From Candidatus Thorarchaeota archaeon (GTDB lineage: Archaea; Asgardarchaeota; Thorarchaeia; Thorarchaeales; Thorarchaeaceae), in NCBI GenBank assembly GCA_029855935.1, contig JAGSHN010000032.1:1-64000 (forward strand): DNA of 64,000 nucleotides, given 5' to 3'. The notes beneath the pieces are model-generated. The model saw only the letters and a program-made list of their open reading frames with translations. It searched no databases and was not told where the DNA came from. Position numbers and translations under genes: made by a program. Below are positions 28,601-38,275 of the stretch, in pieces. The first letter of the stretch is position 1; each line of letters starts with the position of its first letter.

Positions 28601-30385
28601 ATGACTGGCGATGAGATGAGATGGGATCTCTCACAGATGGTCGACGACACCCACCCCGAGGCTATCAAGCGTGCTCTTGATGCCGCAGTAGAGGATGCAG
28701 TACGACTGCGCGAGAAGTACTACGGAAAGATTGCAGGGCTCAATGCCAAGGGCCTTCTGCAGCTACTCGAAGACGTCGACTCGCTCAAACTCAAGCACGA
28801 AGGAGTGTTTGACTATTGCTCACTGCTCTACGCAGCAGACTCCACAGACCCGGTGGCAAAGCAGCTTCACGATGCCGCCCAGACCGCAGCGATGCGTCTG
28901 ATGCAACAGACTGCATTTGTGGAGCTCGAGATTGGGCAGCTCCTGAAGCAGAATCCCGAGATAGTCAACGACCCCGTGCTGAGCGAGTACAAGCACTTTC
29001 TGGAGAAGATTGTTCGGCGTATTCCTCATATGCTGTCCGAGCGCGAGGAGCAGCTCATAATCACCAAGGACAAGAACGGCATTGACGCTTGGTCGCAGCT
29101 TCAGGGTGACTGGCTCTCGACGCGGACCTTCGAGATTGAGATAGAGGGCGAGAGGAAGGTGATGCCCTATGGTGAGATCATAGGTCTTTACCAGCATCCT
29201 GACAGAGAGGTCCGAAAGAGGGCCAACCAAGTCGTCTACTCCGGACTGGGGAAGGACGACATCATCTGGGCGAGCGCTCTCCGTGCAGTCTGCTCAGACC
29301 ATGTGCAGATGTGCGAGTGGCGCAAGTACTCCTCCCCGATGGAGTCGTCACTGATTGCCAATGATGTCGATCAGGAGACCATTGACGCTCTGATGCGCAC
29401 TGTGGAGAAGAACGTTGAACTGTATCGCGACTACTTGCGACTGAAGGCCAAACTGATGGGACTGCCCAAGCTTGGCAACTGGGACATTGTCGCGCCGCTT
29501 CCCACAGCTCCGAATATGGAGTACTCCTGGGAGGAGGCCAAGAATGAGGTCGTGGAGGCGTACCGCGGCTTCGACCACGAGGTGGGCACGTGGATTCATG
29601 ATATGTTCGACAGGCGACGAATCGATGGTGAGGTGCGAGCGGGCAAGCGTTCGGGGGCATTCTGTTCCTCGTGGCTTGCTGGCAAGGCGGCCTTCATCCT
29701 GCTGAGCTTCAATGGCAAGCTCGGGGATGTCTACACACTGGCCCACGAGAATGGCCACGCCATGCACGATCATCTGATGCTTCGCAACCAGAAGCCCTCA
29801 AACGTAGAGGTTGGAGCCTGCATTGCAGAGTGCGGCTCGATATTCGGCGAACTGCTTCTCACCGAACGCCTGCTATCAAAGGCCAAGACGAAGGAGGAGA
29901 CGCAGGCTGTGCTGGCCAACGTTCTCGACGAGTTCGGGATGGCAGCCTTTCAGGTCTCTGCGCGTGTCTTCTTTGAGAAGAGTCTCTATGAGGCCATCCA
30001 GCGTGGGGAGTTCCTCGACGGCGAGACTGTGGCACGCCTCTGGTGTGAGGCGCGCGACAAGATCTATGGCGACGTCGTTGAGTGGCTGCCCGAGATGAAG
30101 TGGGAGTGGACAATGAAGCCGCACTATTACATCCCTCGGTTCCGATTCTATAACTATCCATACGTCTTTGCTCAGCTCTTTGTCTTTGCTCTGTACAGAC
30201 TCTACAAGGAGCAGGGCAGGGAGTTTGTCCCCAAGTTCAAGGCTCTTCTCGCAGCCGGGTCAAGGAAGTCGCCCCGTGAACTCGCTGCGGAGATAGGCTT
30301 TGACATCGGAACAGAGGACTTCTGGCAAAAGGGGATGGACCAGGCGCGGGAGTTCGTGGAGATGCTTCGCGCCACGCTCGAATGA
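28601..30385 (+). CDS. pepF: Oligoendopeptidase F (M3B)
   Basis: WDLS N-terminus, GKRSGAFC, TLAHENGHAMH, AECGS, PHYY…FYNYPY. Confidence 0.95.
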   Translation: MTGDEMRWDLSQMVDDTHPEAIKRALDAAVEDAVRLREKYYGKIAGLNAKGLLQLLEDVDSLKLKHEGVFDYCSLLYAADSTDPVAKQLHDAAQTAAMRLMQQTAFVELEIGQLLKQNPEIVNDPVLSEYKHFLEKIVRRIPHMLSEREEQLIITKDKNGIDAWSQLQGDWLSTRTFEIEIEGERKVMPYGEIIGLYQHPDREVRKRANQVVYSGLGKDDIIWASALRAVCSDHVQMCEWRKYSSPMESSLIANDVDQETIDALMRTVEKNVELYRDYLRLKAKLMGLPKLGNWDIVAPLPTAPNMEYSWEEAKNEVVEAYRGFDHEVGTWIHDMFDRRRIDGEVRAGKRSGAFCSSWLAGKAAFILLSFNGKLGDVYTLAHENGHAMHDHLMLRNQKPSNVEVGACIAECGSIFGELLLTERLLSKAKTKEETQAVLANVLDEFGMAAFQVSARVFFEKSLYEAIQRGEFLDGETVARLWCEARDKIYGDVVEWLPEMKWEWTMKPHYYIPRFRFYNYPYVFAQLFVFALYRLYKEQGREFVPKFKALLAAGSRKSPRELAAEIGFDIGTEDFWQKGMDQAREFVEMLRATLE

Positions 30386-30543
30386 TGCAGTGAGATCTGC
30401 TTATGCTGGCGGCTGTCTGCCGCCAGTCCACGCCCGACCGTGCTCAGTCCCGCTTTGGCCGAGGTTGGATTCGATTCTCCCCTACTGTCAGAGGAAGGGA
30501 GGCAGAAGGAGGACCACCCCGGGAGTGGTCCTCTCACTCTGAT

Positions 30544-31905
30544 TCACTGTTCTGCGACCCAGTCGTCCGGCGGGATGGGGGGAATGTCAGATGGAGCTGT
30601 CTCGCCCTTCTTGGGCTGCGGCACCCATTTGAGTAGGAGAAGTGCAATTGCGAAGAACAGCAGAATCGTCAGCATAGCCGTCCGATGCGCCACGGGAGAG
30701 GCTGCGCCGCCCATAGCGACAAGCACCGTTCCGTACACGAGTGGGCCAAGGATGGCTGCAAACTTCCCCGTCAGAGCATAGAAACCGTACATCTCCGCCT
30801 TTTTCTCTTCAGGGATGAACTGGCCGTACATACTCCTGGCCGTACTCTGCGAGGAGCCCATTCCGACACCTGCGATCATCCCGACAATCCACCAGACTAG
30901 TACGTCCGTGCCGAAGTAGGCCATGAGCAGAGCGATGACCCAGATGAACAGCGTGATTATCAGTGTCTTTCTGGTCCCAATCTTGTCTGCTATCCTACCG
31001 AAGATGAAGGCACCGGGTATCGCGGCGAACTGTGTGACGACGAAGAAGAGAAGGATGTCAGTGTCGCTGAAGGCATACACCTTCTCCGCGAACAGCGAGG
31101 CATAGTATATGACGGTCGTGATCGCATCGCTGAAGAGGAAGTATGCCACGAGGAAAAGGGGGAGTCCCTTGTAGAGCTTGAGCTCACTGATCGTCCGACG
31201 CACTCTGACGAAGCCGATCTTGTACATGCTTATGCCCTCCTCCTCGGGTCTCCTAGCGGGTGGTCTGTTCTTTAGGAATGCAATACTCGGAATAGCAAAG
31301 ATGAGGAAGAAGAGTGCACTCAGTAGGTACGGCAGCGTAGGCTGGTCGGTGAAGTGGGTGTAGGAGTAGAGCGCAATCAGAATGGTCAGCATCGCACCCA
31401 CATATCCCGCTGCAAAGCCGTAGCCACCAATCCGTCCGATGTTCTCGTCTGTGCTGATCTCGGGCAGCCACGCATTGTAGAATGGCAGGGCGCCCTGGAA
31501 TCCGATGTTCGCTATGATGAAGAGTATCATTGCCCAGACCCACATCTCAATGCCGAGAAATGTGGGTATGTCGGCGCGCAGGAAGTAGAGCAGAGCATTG
31601 AACGTGACGCACAGTCCTGTGTAGAATACCAGGAACTTCTTTTTCGCACCGGAGTAGTCCGCAATCGCGCCGAGTATCGGCGAGCTGATCGCGATTATTA
31701 TCATCGTGATTGAGCCAGCAAAACCCCACATCGCATCAGCGAGGTTCGCGTTTCCCGTCGCGCTCTGAACGAGTCGAGAGAAGAACCGGGGAAAGAGCGT
31801 GGTCACAATCAGTACCGTGAAGCTGGTGTTGGCAAAGTCGTAGAGATACCAGCCAAGCCGCTCCTTTCGGTCAGTGGGAATCGTCTGCACAGTCTCTTGC
31901 TCCAT
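30544..31905 (-). CDS. MFS transporter, UMF1/Atg22-like family
   Basis: GWYLYDFANTSF, PILGAIAD, FYNAWLP, QSTARS, FYALTGK; ~12 TM. Confidence 0.88.
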   Translation of the reverse strand: MEQETVQTIPTDRKERLGWYLYDFANTSFTVLIVTTLFPRFFSRLVQSATGNANLADAMWGFAGSITMIIIAISSPILGAIADYSGAKKKFLVFYTGLCVTFNALLYFLRADIPTFLGIEMWVWAMILFIIANIGFQGALPFYNAWLPEISTDENIGRIGGYGFAAGYVGAMLTILIALYSYTHFTDQPTLPYLLSALFFLIFAIPSIAFLKNRPPARRPEEEGISMYKIGFVRVRRTISELKLYKGLPLFLVAYFLFSDAITTVIYYASLFAEKVYAFSDTDILLFFVVTQFAAIPGAFIFGRIADKIGTRKTLIITLFIWVIALLMAYFGTDVLVWWIVGMIAGVGMGSSQSTARSMYGQFIPEEKKAEMYGFYALTGKFAAILGPLVYGTVLVAMGGAASPVAHRTAMLTILLFFAIALLLLKWVPQPKKGETAPSDIPPIPPDDWVAEQ

Positions 31906-32096
31906 GACCGTTGTCCACCTTCAGTCTTGTGAGAATGCTGAGGAATCGGGCACGTCACGCGGTCTATTTATCAGTTGCTGGTTCTCCCTCACACGAGTTG
32001 GGGACATCACTGACGTAGCCTGAGCGCCTTTGTGTGTCTGGACACGGTCACAGATGGCCGACTCGCTCGCGTCTGGCAACGGCCCGGCTTATGGGG

Positions 32097-32528
32097 TCAC
32101 TGCGACCTGAGGAGTTCATCTATGGAGAGATTGAACTTAGGTCCGATCTCTCGGACAAAGGTCAGAGCGCCGAGGACCACAGCAGTGAGTTCCGAGTGGA
32201 AGTTCTCAAGGTTGGAGCTCCTGGGGATATCGTTCTCGGAGTACATCACACCGCTCTCATCTAGGCTGAAGGTCACATCGTCAAGTTCGTAGTTGCGGAG
32301 TAGCATCTCTCTCAAGACGCCGAAGCGACTCTCCTCGGGGATCATCGAGAGGTCTCCGAGCCTGACTCGGACCTTTATCCACTCGGGTTTTGTGGACTCG
32401 ATGATCACGGGGAGTCTGTGACCCTCCACGTCGTATATCGTGGAGTAGAGATCTCTGTCCTCATCGTAGTCGTATGGCATTCGCATCAGTTCAAGCCAGG
32501 TCCTAATCTGTTCACTCTCGAGTGTCAT
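32097..32528 (-). CDS. YbjN-like / T3SS-chaperone-fold protein
   Basis: ~140-aa acidic protein with LL..NY…FSLDESG pattern. Confidence 0.6.
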   Translation of the reverse strand: MTLESEQIRTWLELMRMPYDYDEDRDLYSTIYDVEGHRLPVIIESTKPEWIKVRVRLGDLSMIPEESRFGVLREMLLRNYELDDVTFSLDESGVMYSENDIPRSSNLENFHSELTAVVLGALTFVREIGPKFNLSIDELLRSQ

Positions 32529-32601
32529 TGTCTACACCAGTCGGGCTGCGGATGGCTGCGCATCCACTAATCAATGTTGATGGGACGTGTCCCCACCATA
32601 G

Positions 32602-33348
32602 TCAGACCTGGGCCTTCTCGCGAATCCACTGCAGTATGGCCCTATTGACATCGGCCGGACGCTCGAACATCACGCTGTGGCCAGCCCCCTCAATGACCAC
32701 CAGCTTGCTGTCAGGGATCTCACGCTCCAGATAGTCCGCGTACTTGACGGGTGTCAGCACATCCTCGGAGCCGACAATGATGAGAGTGGGGACGGCAATC
32801 TTGCCCACTTCCGGCATGATGTCAAACGTGTTGCACGCCTCAAAGTCACGCTGTATGACTCTGACGGGACACTTCCGCACTTCGGCCTTCGTGGCCTCAA
32901 TAAGTTCCTCTGATGCTCCCTCTGCGAACATATACTGCCCCACGGCCTCGACATAGCCATCGAAGTCGTTGTCAAGAAGGTCGAAGATGAACTGGGCCAC
33001 GCGGAGCCTTGCGCCTGTGCCGATGAGGACCAGTCCAGCCAGTCTCTCTGGGTGCCTGAGAGCGTAGAGTTGCGCCAGTGCGCCACCCATCGAGTGACCG
33101 CCGAGAACCACAGGCGGCTCGCTGTCTCTGACCAGCCAGTCGATCTCCTCAAGGTATGATCCAAAGACATCCTCTGGAGACCTATCAGGAGAGCGGCCGT
33201 GACCATTGAGGTCGATGGCTCGCACCCACAGATCCGATGAGAGCCCCCTGATCTGCATAAACCATGTGGCGGAGGAACCTCCGGCACCGTGGACGAGGAC
33301 CAGCGTGGGATGATTGCCCTTGCCCGACTCTTCGTAGTGTATTCTCAT
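32602..33348 (-). CDS. Alpha/beta hydrolase
   Basis: HGAGGS oxyanion, GHSMGG nucleophile, D..TP, AGH catalytic His. Confidence 0.93.
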   Translation of the reverse strand: MRIHYEESGKGNHPTLVLVHGAGGSSATWFMQIRGLSSDLWVRAIDLNGHGRSPDRSPEDVFGSYLEEIDWLVRDSEPPVVLGGHSMGGALAQLYALRHPERLAGLVLIGTGARLRVAQFIFDLLDNDFDGYVEAVGQYMFAEGASEELIEATKAEVRKCPVRVIQRDFEACNTFDIMPEVGKIAVPTLIIVGSEDVLTPVKYADYLEREIPDSKLVVIEGAGHSVMFERPADVNRAILQWIREKAQV

Positions 33349-33472
33349 TGCCTGCCGAGCCGTCGTGCTCGCCGTGCCTTTTCTCGCTTTCGGAGGATAT
33401 CCCGAGATTGGATGACAGTCTGTGCAGACATGAGTTAGGCTTAAATCGCTTCGTACTGCCTCCCCTCACACC

Positions 33473-33916
33473 TTGAAGGCCATCCATAACCGTACCTCAC
33501 TCCTACTATGCGTGGCGGGTGGAGCCCTTCTCGTCGCGTCTGGAGCAATGGGCCCGATGAGAGTCGCCCGAAGTCTGGCAGATAGTCTGAATCAACTCTT
33601 CGGCCCCGAGTCGGTTATGAGCTTCGAGATACTGCTGGGCATTCTGACGGTACTGATGATTCTTGCTGGAATCGGCGTCATTGTGGGTGGCGCTGTGATG
33701 ACCACTCGGAGAGTCGAGGCGGGACGCATCATCGTTGTCGTTTCGGTGGCGATGGGAGTCCTTGGCTTGGTGATCTGCCTCTTTCAGGCTGCTGTCACTG
33801 GCGAGCTGGCTCTGGACTGGGGTCTTCAGCTTGTCCAGTCACTCGGCTGGCTGGGAGCCATATTCGCTTTGATTGCCCGCATCATTGCGGAGCAGATGCC
33901 TCTCACGGCCCAGTAG
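33473..33916 (+). CDS. Four-TM hypothetical membrane protein
   Basis: Four Gly-rich hydrophobic segments. Confidence 0.7.
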   Translation: MKAIHNRTSLLLCVAGGALLVASGAMGPMRVARSLADSLNQLFGPESVMSFEILLGILTVLMILAGIGVIVGGAVMTTRRVEAGRIIVVVSVAMGVLGLVICLFQAAVTGELALDWGLQLVQSLGWLGAIFALIARIIAEQMPLTAQ

Positions 33917-33919
33917 GGG

Positions 33920-34147
33920 ATGATGTCGCTGGAACCACGGCGGATGAGCGCCCTTCTGAGAGCGGCACTGCTGCTGCTGTGGCTCGTGGCTTGGATACTG
34001 TACTGGCTCTCCGGAAGGAACACGGTCGTGGGACTGGCGCTCCTCGGGCTGGCTGCCCTGGCAAGCGTGGTGATCATAATCGTCAGCTGGTTCATCTGGG
34101 GCAGATACAGTTCAGAGCTTGCTGACATGGGTATTGCTGCACCGTAG
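33920..34147 (+). CDS. Small two-TM membrane protein
   Basis: 75-aa ORF with two clear TM helices starting 3 nt after the upstream stop. Confidence 0.5.
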   Translation: MMSLEPRRMSALLRAALLLLWLVAWILYWLSGRNTVVGLALLGLAALASVVIIIVSWFIWGRYSSELADMGIAAP

Positions 34148-34187
34148 AGGTCCCCACTGCGTGACAGTTCTCAGCATCAGAGATCCG

Positions 34188-34583
34188 TCACACGTCGAAC
34201 ACGGAGACCGATGACTCTAGGTTCTTGGCCGCCTGGATGCACTCTCTCAGGATGCCAACCTTGTCCTCCGTCATCGGCGCAAAGCACGCGACGAACCAGA
34301 TTCCCTTCCCGGTGCCCACTATTAGGCTGACTGCACCATCGGGATTGATGGCCACGAATCCGTCCCTCTCTCTCAGAGCCGTGAGGAACTCGATCATCTT
34401 CACCGTGAATGTCTGCTGGCCCGTGTTCCACGCGTGGAGTATTGTCGCAATGTCTTGTTCCTCAAGATGCATGTTCTCCGTAGTATAGACTATTCTGCCC
34501 TCATAGTCGAATACACAGGCGCCGATGATCTCCGTGTAGTTGGACATGGCAATGTCTATGGCTCTCTTGATTCGCATGACCAT
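34188..34583 (-). CDS. Profilin-like protein (Asgard eukaryotic signature protein)
   Basis: ~130 aa with IIGACVFDYEGRIVYTTENM…ILHAW…FTVK…FVAINPDG, matching the Asgard profilin pattern (G.I..QT.NW…T.QG.KY…N..G.G); start 34583 or 34577. Confidence 0.7.
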   Translation of the reverse strand: MVMRIKRAIDIAMSNYTEIIGACVFDYEGRIVYTTENMHLEEQDIATILHAWNTGQQTFTVKMIEFLTALRERDGFVAINPDGAVSLIVGTGKGIWFVACFAPMTEDKVGILRECIQAAKNLESSVSVFDV

Positions 34584-34729
34584 CTCTCTGTCCCCGCATC
34601 TACACTGTCGCGGGCCATTGAAATACATATCCTGCTTGTATCGGCGCCGCCGCAGGTGTGATAGACCCTGACCGGTACCAGGTACCCAGCTATGCACCCC
34701 TCCTCATTCACCTTGTCGCTCGTTGACCA

Positions 34730-35329
34730 TTATCTGACCTTTGCGAGGGCCGTTGCTAGGAGGACCAGCCTACTGTGCAGCTCATCGTTGTTCACGGTGG
34801 CACAGAGTCGTCGGTTGCTCACGTGAAGGCCGTGCCGGAGCGCTATCTGCTCAAGATTCGAGGTCCTCACGGGACCCGAGCGTACGGTGTACACGAACCA
34901 GTCGTCGGTCCCGGGTTCCCTCATCCGGCACGTGATATCAACATATCGGTTGTTCTCCTCGTCTAGGACGACACGGAACCTGCGACCAATCCTCTTCTGG
35001 ATCTTGACACCAGAGCCGAATATGCCCCTGAGAACTCCCATTGTGTATATTGTGGCTGGCGTGGGAAGGAATGCCCACGTCCAGAAGGCATAGAAGAAGA
35101 GCATCACGGAGACGGCGAGGATGAATCCAGCTGTGTTGAAGGAATACACGACCTCAAAGCCCGCGACCCAGCCCTCAGGCACATTGACTGGAATCTCTCC
35201 AGGAATCTCCGTCAGCGGTGTTCTGTAGAACACGTAGGTCGTGATGGCAAAGGCTATCATTATGGCACCGATGGCGATTCGCTGGCGTTCTGTATACAAC
35301 GCCCGCGCGCGTCTGAGCAGCATATCCAT
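34730..35329 (-). CDS. Hypothetical membrane protein (2 TM plus soluble domain)
   Basis: ATG 35329 lies just after the upstream gene's stop; two hydrophobic helices. Confidence 0.7.
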   Translation of the reverse strand: MDMLLRRARALYTERQRIAIGAIMIAFAITTYVFYRTPLTEIPGEIPVNVPEGWVAGFEVVYSFNTAGFILAVSVMLFFYAFWTWAFLPTPATIYTMGVLRGIFGSGVKIQKRIGRRFRVVLDEENNRYVDITCRMREPGTDDWFVYTVRSGPVRTSNLEQIALRHGLHVSNRRLCATVNNDELHSRLVLLATALAKVR

Positions 35330-35330
35330 A

Positions 35331-35729
35331 TCAGGTACCCTCCAGGGCCTTGAGATACACCTCGGTCGCCTCACTCCCAAAGTCCCTGCACATCTCTATC
35401 AACACCTTGAGCAACGGGTGCTCGGGGTTGATACGAATCGCGTACAGTTTCGGGGTGAGTTGGTCGATCAGTATCATCCTGTCCTGTTCCAAGTGCGAGA
35501 GGACTCCGCGGTAGAGGCTACGCGACTTCCCGCTATAGCCAATCAGCCGGCTCAGCTGAACGCCGCTCACGCTGCGCGGGTATATATGAGCCAAGGCCAG
35601 CAGAATTGCCCTCTTTGTGTCGTTGAGCGAGGACATCAGCTGGATCAGTTCATATGCCGCGCGACGTGGGTCCTCGTTCATTAGTCCGACCAACCGAGTA
35701 TCTAGATTGTTGTGTTCTTGACCGCACAT
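35331..35729 (-). CDS. Winged helix-turn-helix DNA-binding protein
   Basis: KRAILLAL…SGVQLSRLIG…SLYRGVLSHLEQDRMI…YAI wHTH pattern; start uncertain. Confidence 0.68.
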   Translation of the reverse strand: MCGQEHNNLDTRLVGLMNEDPRRAAYELIQLMSSLNDTKRAILLALAHIYPRSVSGVQLSRLIGYSGKSRSLYRGVLSHLEQDRMILIDQLTPKLYAIRINPEHPLLKVLIEMCRDFGSEATEVYLKALEGT

Positions 35730-35901
35730 AGGGTCATCCCCCAAATGGCGGAAGGCTGTCCAAGAACAGGGCCGCCGAACGTATTTCATTCTATCGTATC
35801 GGTCAAACGATTCTCCACCTCAGGCAACATAGAGTTAATAGCATTTGTTGCATAGCATAGAGCCGAGCTAAGGGTAAAAGATCTCATAGGAGGTCATCAA
35901 G

Positions 35902-36480
35902 ATTAGCACATTTGGAAGTAAGTACTTCGGTTGGCTCATATCGTTGGCCATAGTCTTGGCGCTCGGCTGGGTCCTGTTTCCACCAGGCTATGAGGCACTC
36001 ATTCAGTGGCTCGCGCCTGAGCTGGGCAACTATGTGCGGCCAACGCTGATCATGGTAAACCTGATGATAGTGGACCCCACAAAGAACCCCGTCATCCTCG
36101 CCGCGTGGGGTGCCGCTGGCTTCATTGGCGGTGTCTTTGCCGGGACGAAGAAGGGTGCCTTTGTCGTGGGCCTGGTCACGTGGCTCAGCTGTCTGGGCAT
36201 CCTTGCCTTTTCTGTCTATCAGATGATGCAGACCGGTTTCTCGACAGGCTCAATGCCACCGATGCCCCCTGGCTCGTCTATTCTCGACATCCTGTCCATA
36301 CCGCTGGTCCAGTCGATGATATCGCAGCTACTCCCTATGCTGTTGTCATCGGCATCGTCGGGTGGTAGTTTCGACCCGACGAGTCTGATAATGAGCCTGG
36401 CGATCTACGTCATCGTCCCGCTGGTGACGGTCATTGTGGCTGGAATGGTCGGGGCTACTATCCGTCCGAAGGAGGAATGA
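35902..36480 (+). CDS. Multi-pass membrane protein, probable ATT start
   Basis: AGGAGGT at 35888-35894 then in-frame ATT at 35902 giving MSTFGSKYFGWLISLAIV…; TTG 35944 lies inside the first TM. Confidence 0.7.
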   Translation: MSTFGSKYFGWLISLAIVLALGWVLFPPGYEALIQWLAPELGNYVRPTLIMVNLMIVDPTKNPVILAAWGAAGFIGGVFAGTKKGAFVVGLVTWLSCLGILAFSVYQMMQTGFSTGSMPPMPPGSSILDILSIPLVQSMISQLLPMLLSSASSGGSFDPTSLIMSLAIYVIVPLVTVIVAGMVGATIRPKEE

Positions 36481-36481
36481 T

Positions 36482-38149
36482 ATGATGAAAATCGCTACAA
36501 AGCACGCATTGGCACTATCGTTGCTGGTGTTTCTAATGGTGGTCCCTGCTGCTGTTGCAGCGGGAGGCCAGTCAGATGTGGGTATTCGCGCCACCGGTGA
36601 GATGGATGAACTCGTTGGAACGATTCTCACAGAGGGGGCGGATGCCCTGTTTGCGAACATTGACGAGGCCGGGCAGCCGCTCGTGATATATGGACGGGCT
36701 GGCGTGCCGACATCCGTCATCGACTTCAGTGACCCTGCATTCGACAACTGCATTGCTTTTGGTGTTGTCTCCGCAAGGGGCGAGATTGTGAAGATCCTCG
36801 CGGAGCAGCTGGGAGCGGCCAGTCAAGGAGGAGGAATGCTTGCTCCTGTCCCCGACTCTCTCGTCGCTCAGCAGTTCGGTGGTGATCAGGGATTCTCTGA
36901 AGGGCCGGACCTGTCTTTCCTGCTCGGAGACGAGTTCAGTATCCTTGCGGCACTCTATCTGAATGTTGACTCTGCGACAGCGCAGCAGAGGATGAGTGCG
37001 TTGATGTCTCAGATGACATCTGTGTTCAACTACCAGTTTGCCTACATCTACTCCATTCGCATCGATCAGAGCACGATACCGCCCGATGCCAACATCACTC
37101 TTCCGTTTGACTCCCTTGATGTCTTCCTCTATCAAGTACTGAATCCGTTCTCTGAGACAGCACAGTCGATACTCGACGTCCTGGGTCAAGATGGATTGGG
37201 CTCGTCGGTGGATGTCAGCAAGTTCAGTGAGGCAAGGTCTGCTGCCGCAGGCTTTCTTGCCGTACCGGACTTGGCCTACCTTGTGGACTTCGTCAACAGC
37301 ACCTTTGGGGGCATGGCAGCCAATGGCGGTTTCACGACGGCCTCTGCTCCGGACACGGCCTCGCTGTTGATGCAGCAGTTGCCTCCCTTGGAGGGACCCG
37401 TGGCAATAGGGGCGATTGGCTACTATGACGACCAGGTACTGTCCTCGTCGGACACGAGCGTCGGTATGGCAAGCCTCATCGGCGCAACAGGCTCCCTGAC
37501 AGCGCGTCCGGAAGGGCTCAGCGTAGTGATGATGCATGTCCCGGAGTCGGTCAATATTTCCTCGGTCCTCCCACAAGAGGAGAACTACACGTACTTCGAC
37601 AACACGACCAACATTGTCGTCTGGAACGCCACGCACTATGGTTCGGTACCTGACTACAAGATCTACTTCGGCAGCACGGAGTTTCCGCCACTCATCACAA
37701 TCGAGCGGACGTTCTCGCCAGAGACAACTACTCCGGGCGGCGAAGTGCAGGTCACTGTGACAGTGACGAATGATGGCGACCAGCCGGTGACGGATGTAGC
37801 AGTGAGCGACTGGGGCATCCAGGACACCTACGACACGATAACGGTCACAGGCACGAGGAACGCCACTGCGGCAACACTGAACCCTGGCGAATCGGTGTCC
37901 TACACATACACCGTCCACTTCGTCAACGAGGGGACGTATGCCTTCCCGCCCGTTGTCCTGCAATACGAATATGCCGGAAGGGCGTATAGCAAGCACATCC
38001 CTGAGGAGGGCTATACGGTGACCAACCCACCAGCGAATGTCCTCTCTCAGGCGATCTCTGACGGTATGCCCTACACTGGCGCTGCGGTCGGTCTTGTCGC
38101 ACTTGGTGCGATTGTCCAGATTGCAAAGTTTGCAGGTCGCCGAGACTGA
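36482..38149 (+). CDS. Cell-surface protein with C-terminal Ig-like (DUF11/BatD/CARDB-like) domain and membrane anchor
   Basis: Signal peptide; VTVTVTNDG…LNPGES..YTY…G.Y.FPP; many NxT/S sequons; C-terminal TM plus RR. Confidence 0.8.
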   Translation: MMKIATKHALALSLLVFLMVVPAAVAAGGQSDVGIRATGEMDELVGTILTEGADALFANIDEAGQPLVIYGRAGVPTSVIDFSDPAFDNCIAFGVVSARGEIVKILAEQLGAASQGGGMLAPVPDSLVAQQFGGDQGFSEGPDLSFLLGDEFSILAALYLNVDSATAQQRMSALMSQMTSVFNYQFAYIYSIRIDQSTIPPDANITLPFDSLDVFLYQVLNPFSETAQSILDVLGQDGLGSSVDVSKFSEARSAAAGFLAVPDLAYLVDFVNSTFGGMAANGGFTTASAPDTASLLMQQLPPLEGPVAIGAIGYYDDQVLSSSDTSVGMASLIGATGSLTARPEGLSVVMMHVPESVNISSVLPQEENYTYFDNTTNIVVWNATHYGSVPDYKIYFGSTEFPPLITIERTFSPETTTPGGEVQVTVTVTNDGDQPVTDVAVSDWGIQDTYDTITVTGTRNATAATLNPGESVSYTYTVHFVNEGTYAFPPVVLQYEYAGRAYSKHIPEEGYTVTNPPANVLSQAISDGMPYTGAAVGLVALGAIVQIAKFAGRRD

Positions 38150-38166
38150 GCGTCAGATCCGAGTGA

Positions 38167-38220
38167 GGGACCCATCCGGTCTTGGACTGGTTGGGCTCCC
38201 CTGCTCGCCTTTCTTTTTTC
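38167..38220 (+). terminator. Hairpin plus oligo-T terminator after the surface protein gene
   Basis: GGGACCCATCCGGTC / GACTGGTTGGGCTCCC imperfect stem followed by TTTCTTTTTT. Confidence 0.55.
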
Positions 38221-38275
38221 CTCGTGCTCCAGCAACTATATCAGGGTCCACCTGTAGCCCTTCTTCTTGATTGAC

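Noticed and set aside
33914-33922. In-frame TAG followed by a same-frame ORF (possible pyrrolysine or amber read-through)
   Set aside because: The second ORF has its own ATG ATG, both look like complete membrane proteins, and there is no catalytic context for Pyl
36572-37996. 474-aa antisense ORF (similarly 23884-24741, 39282-40250, 47157-47975, 1786-2472)
   Set aside because: Shadow frames of better-supported genes, expected with high-GC codon bias; no motifs
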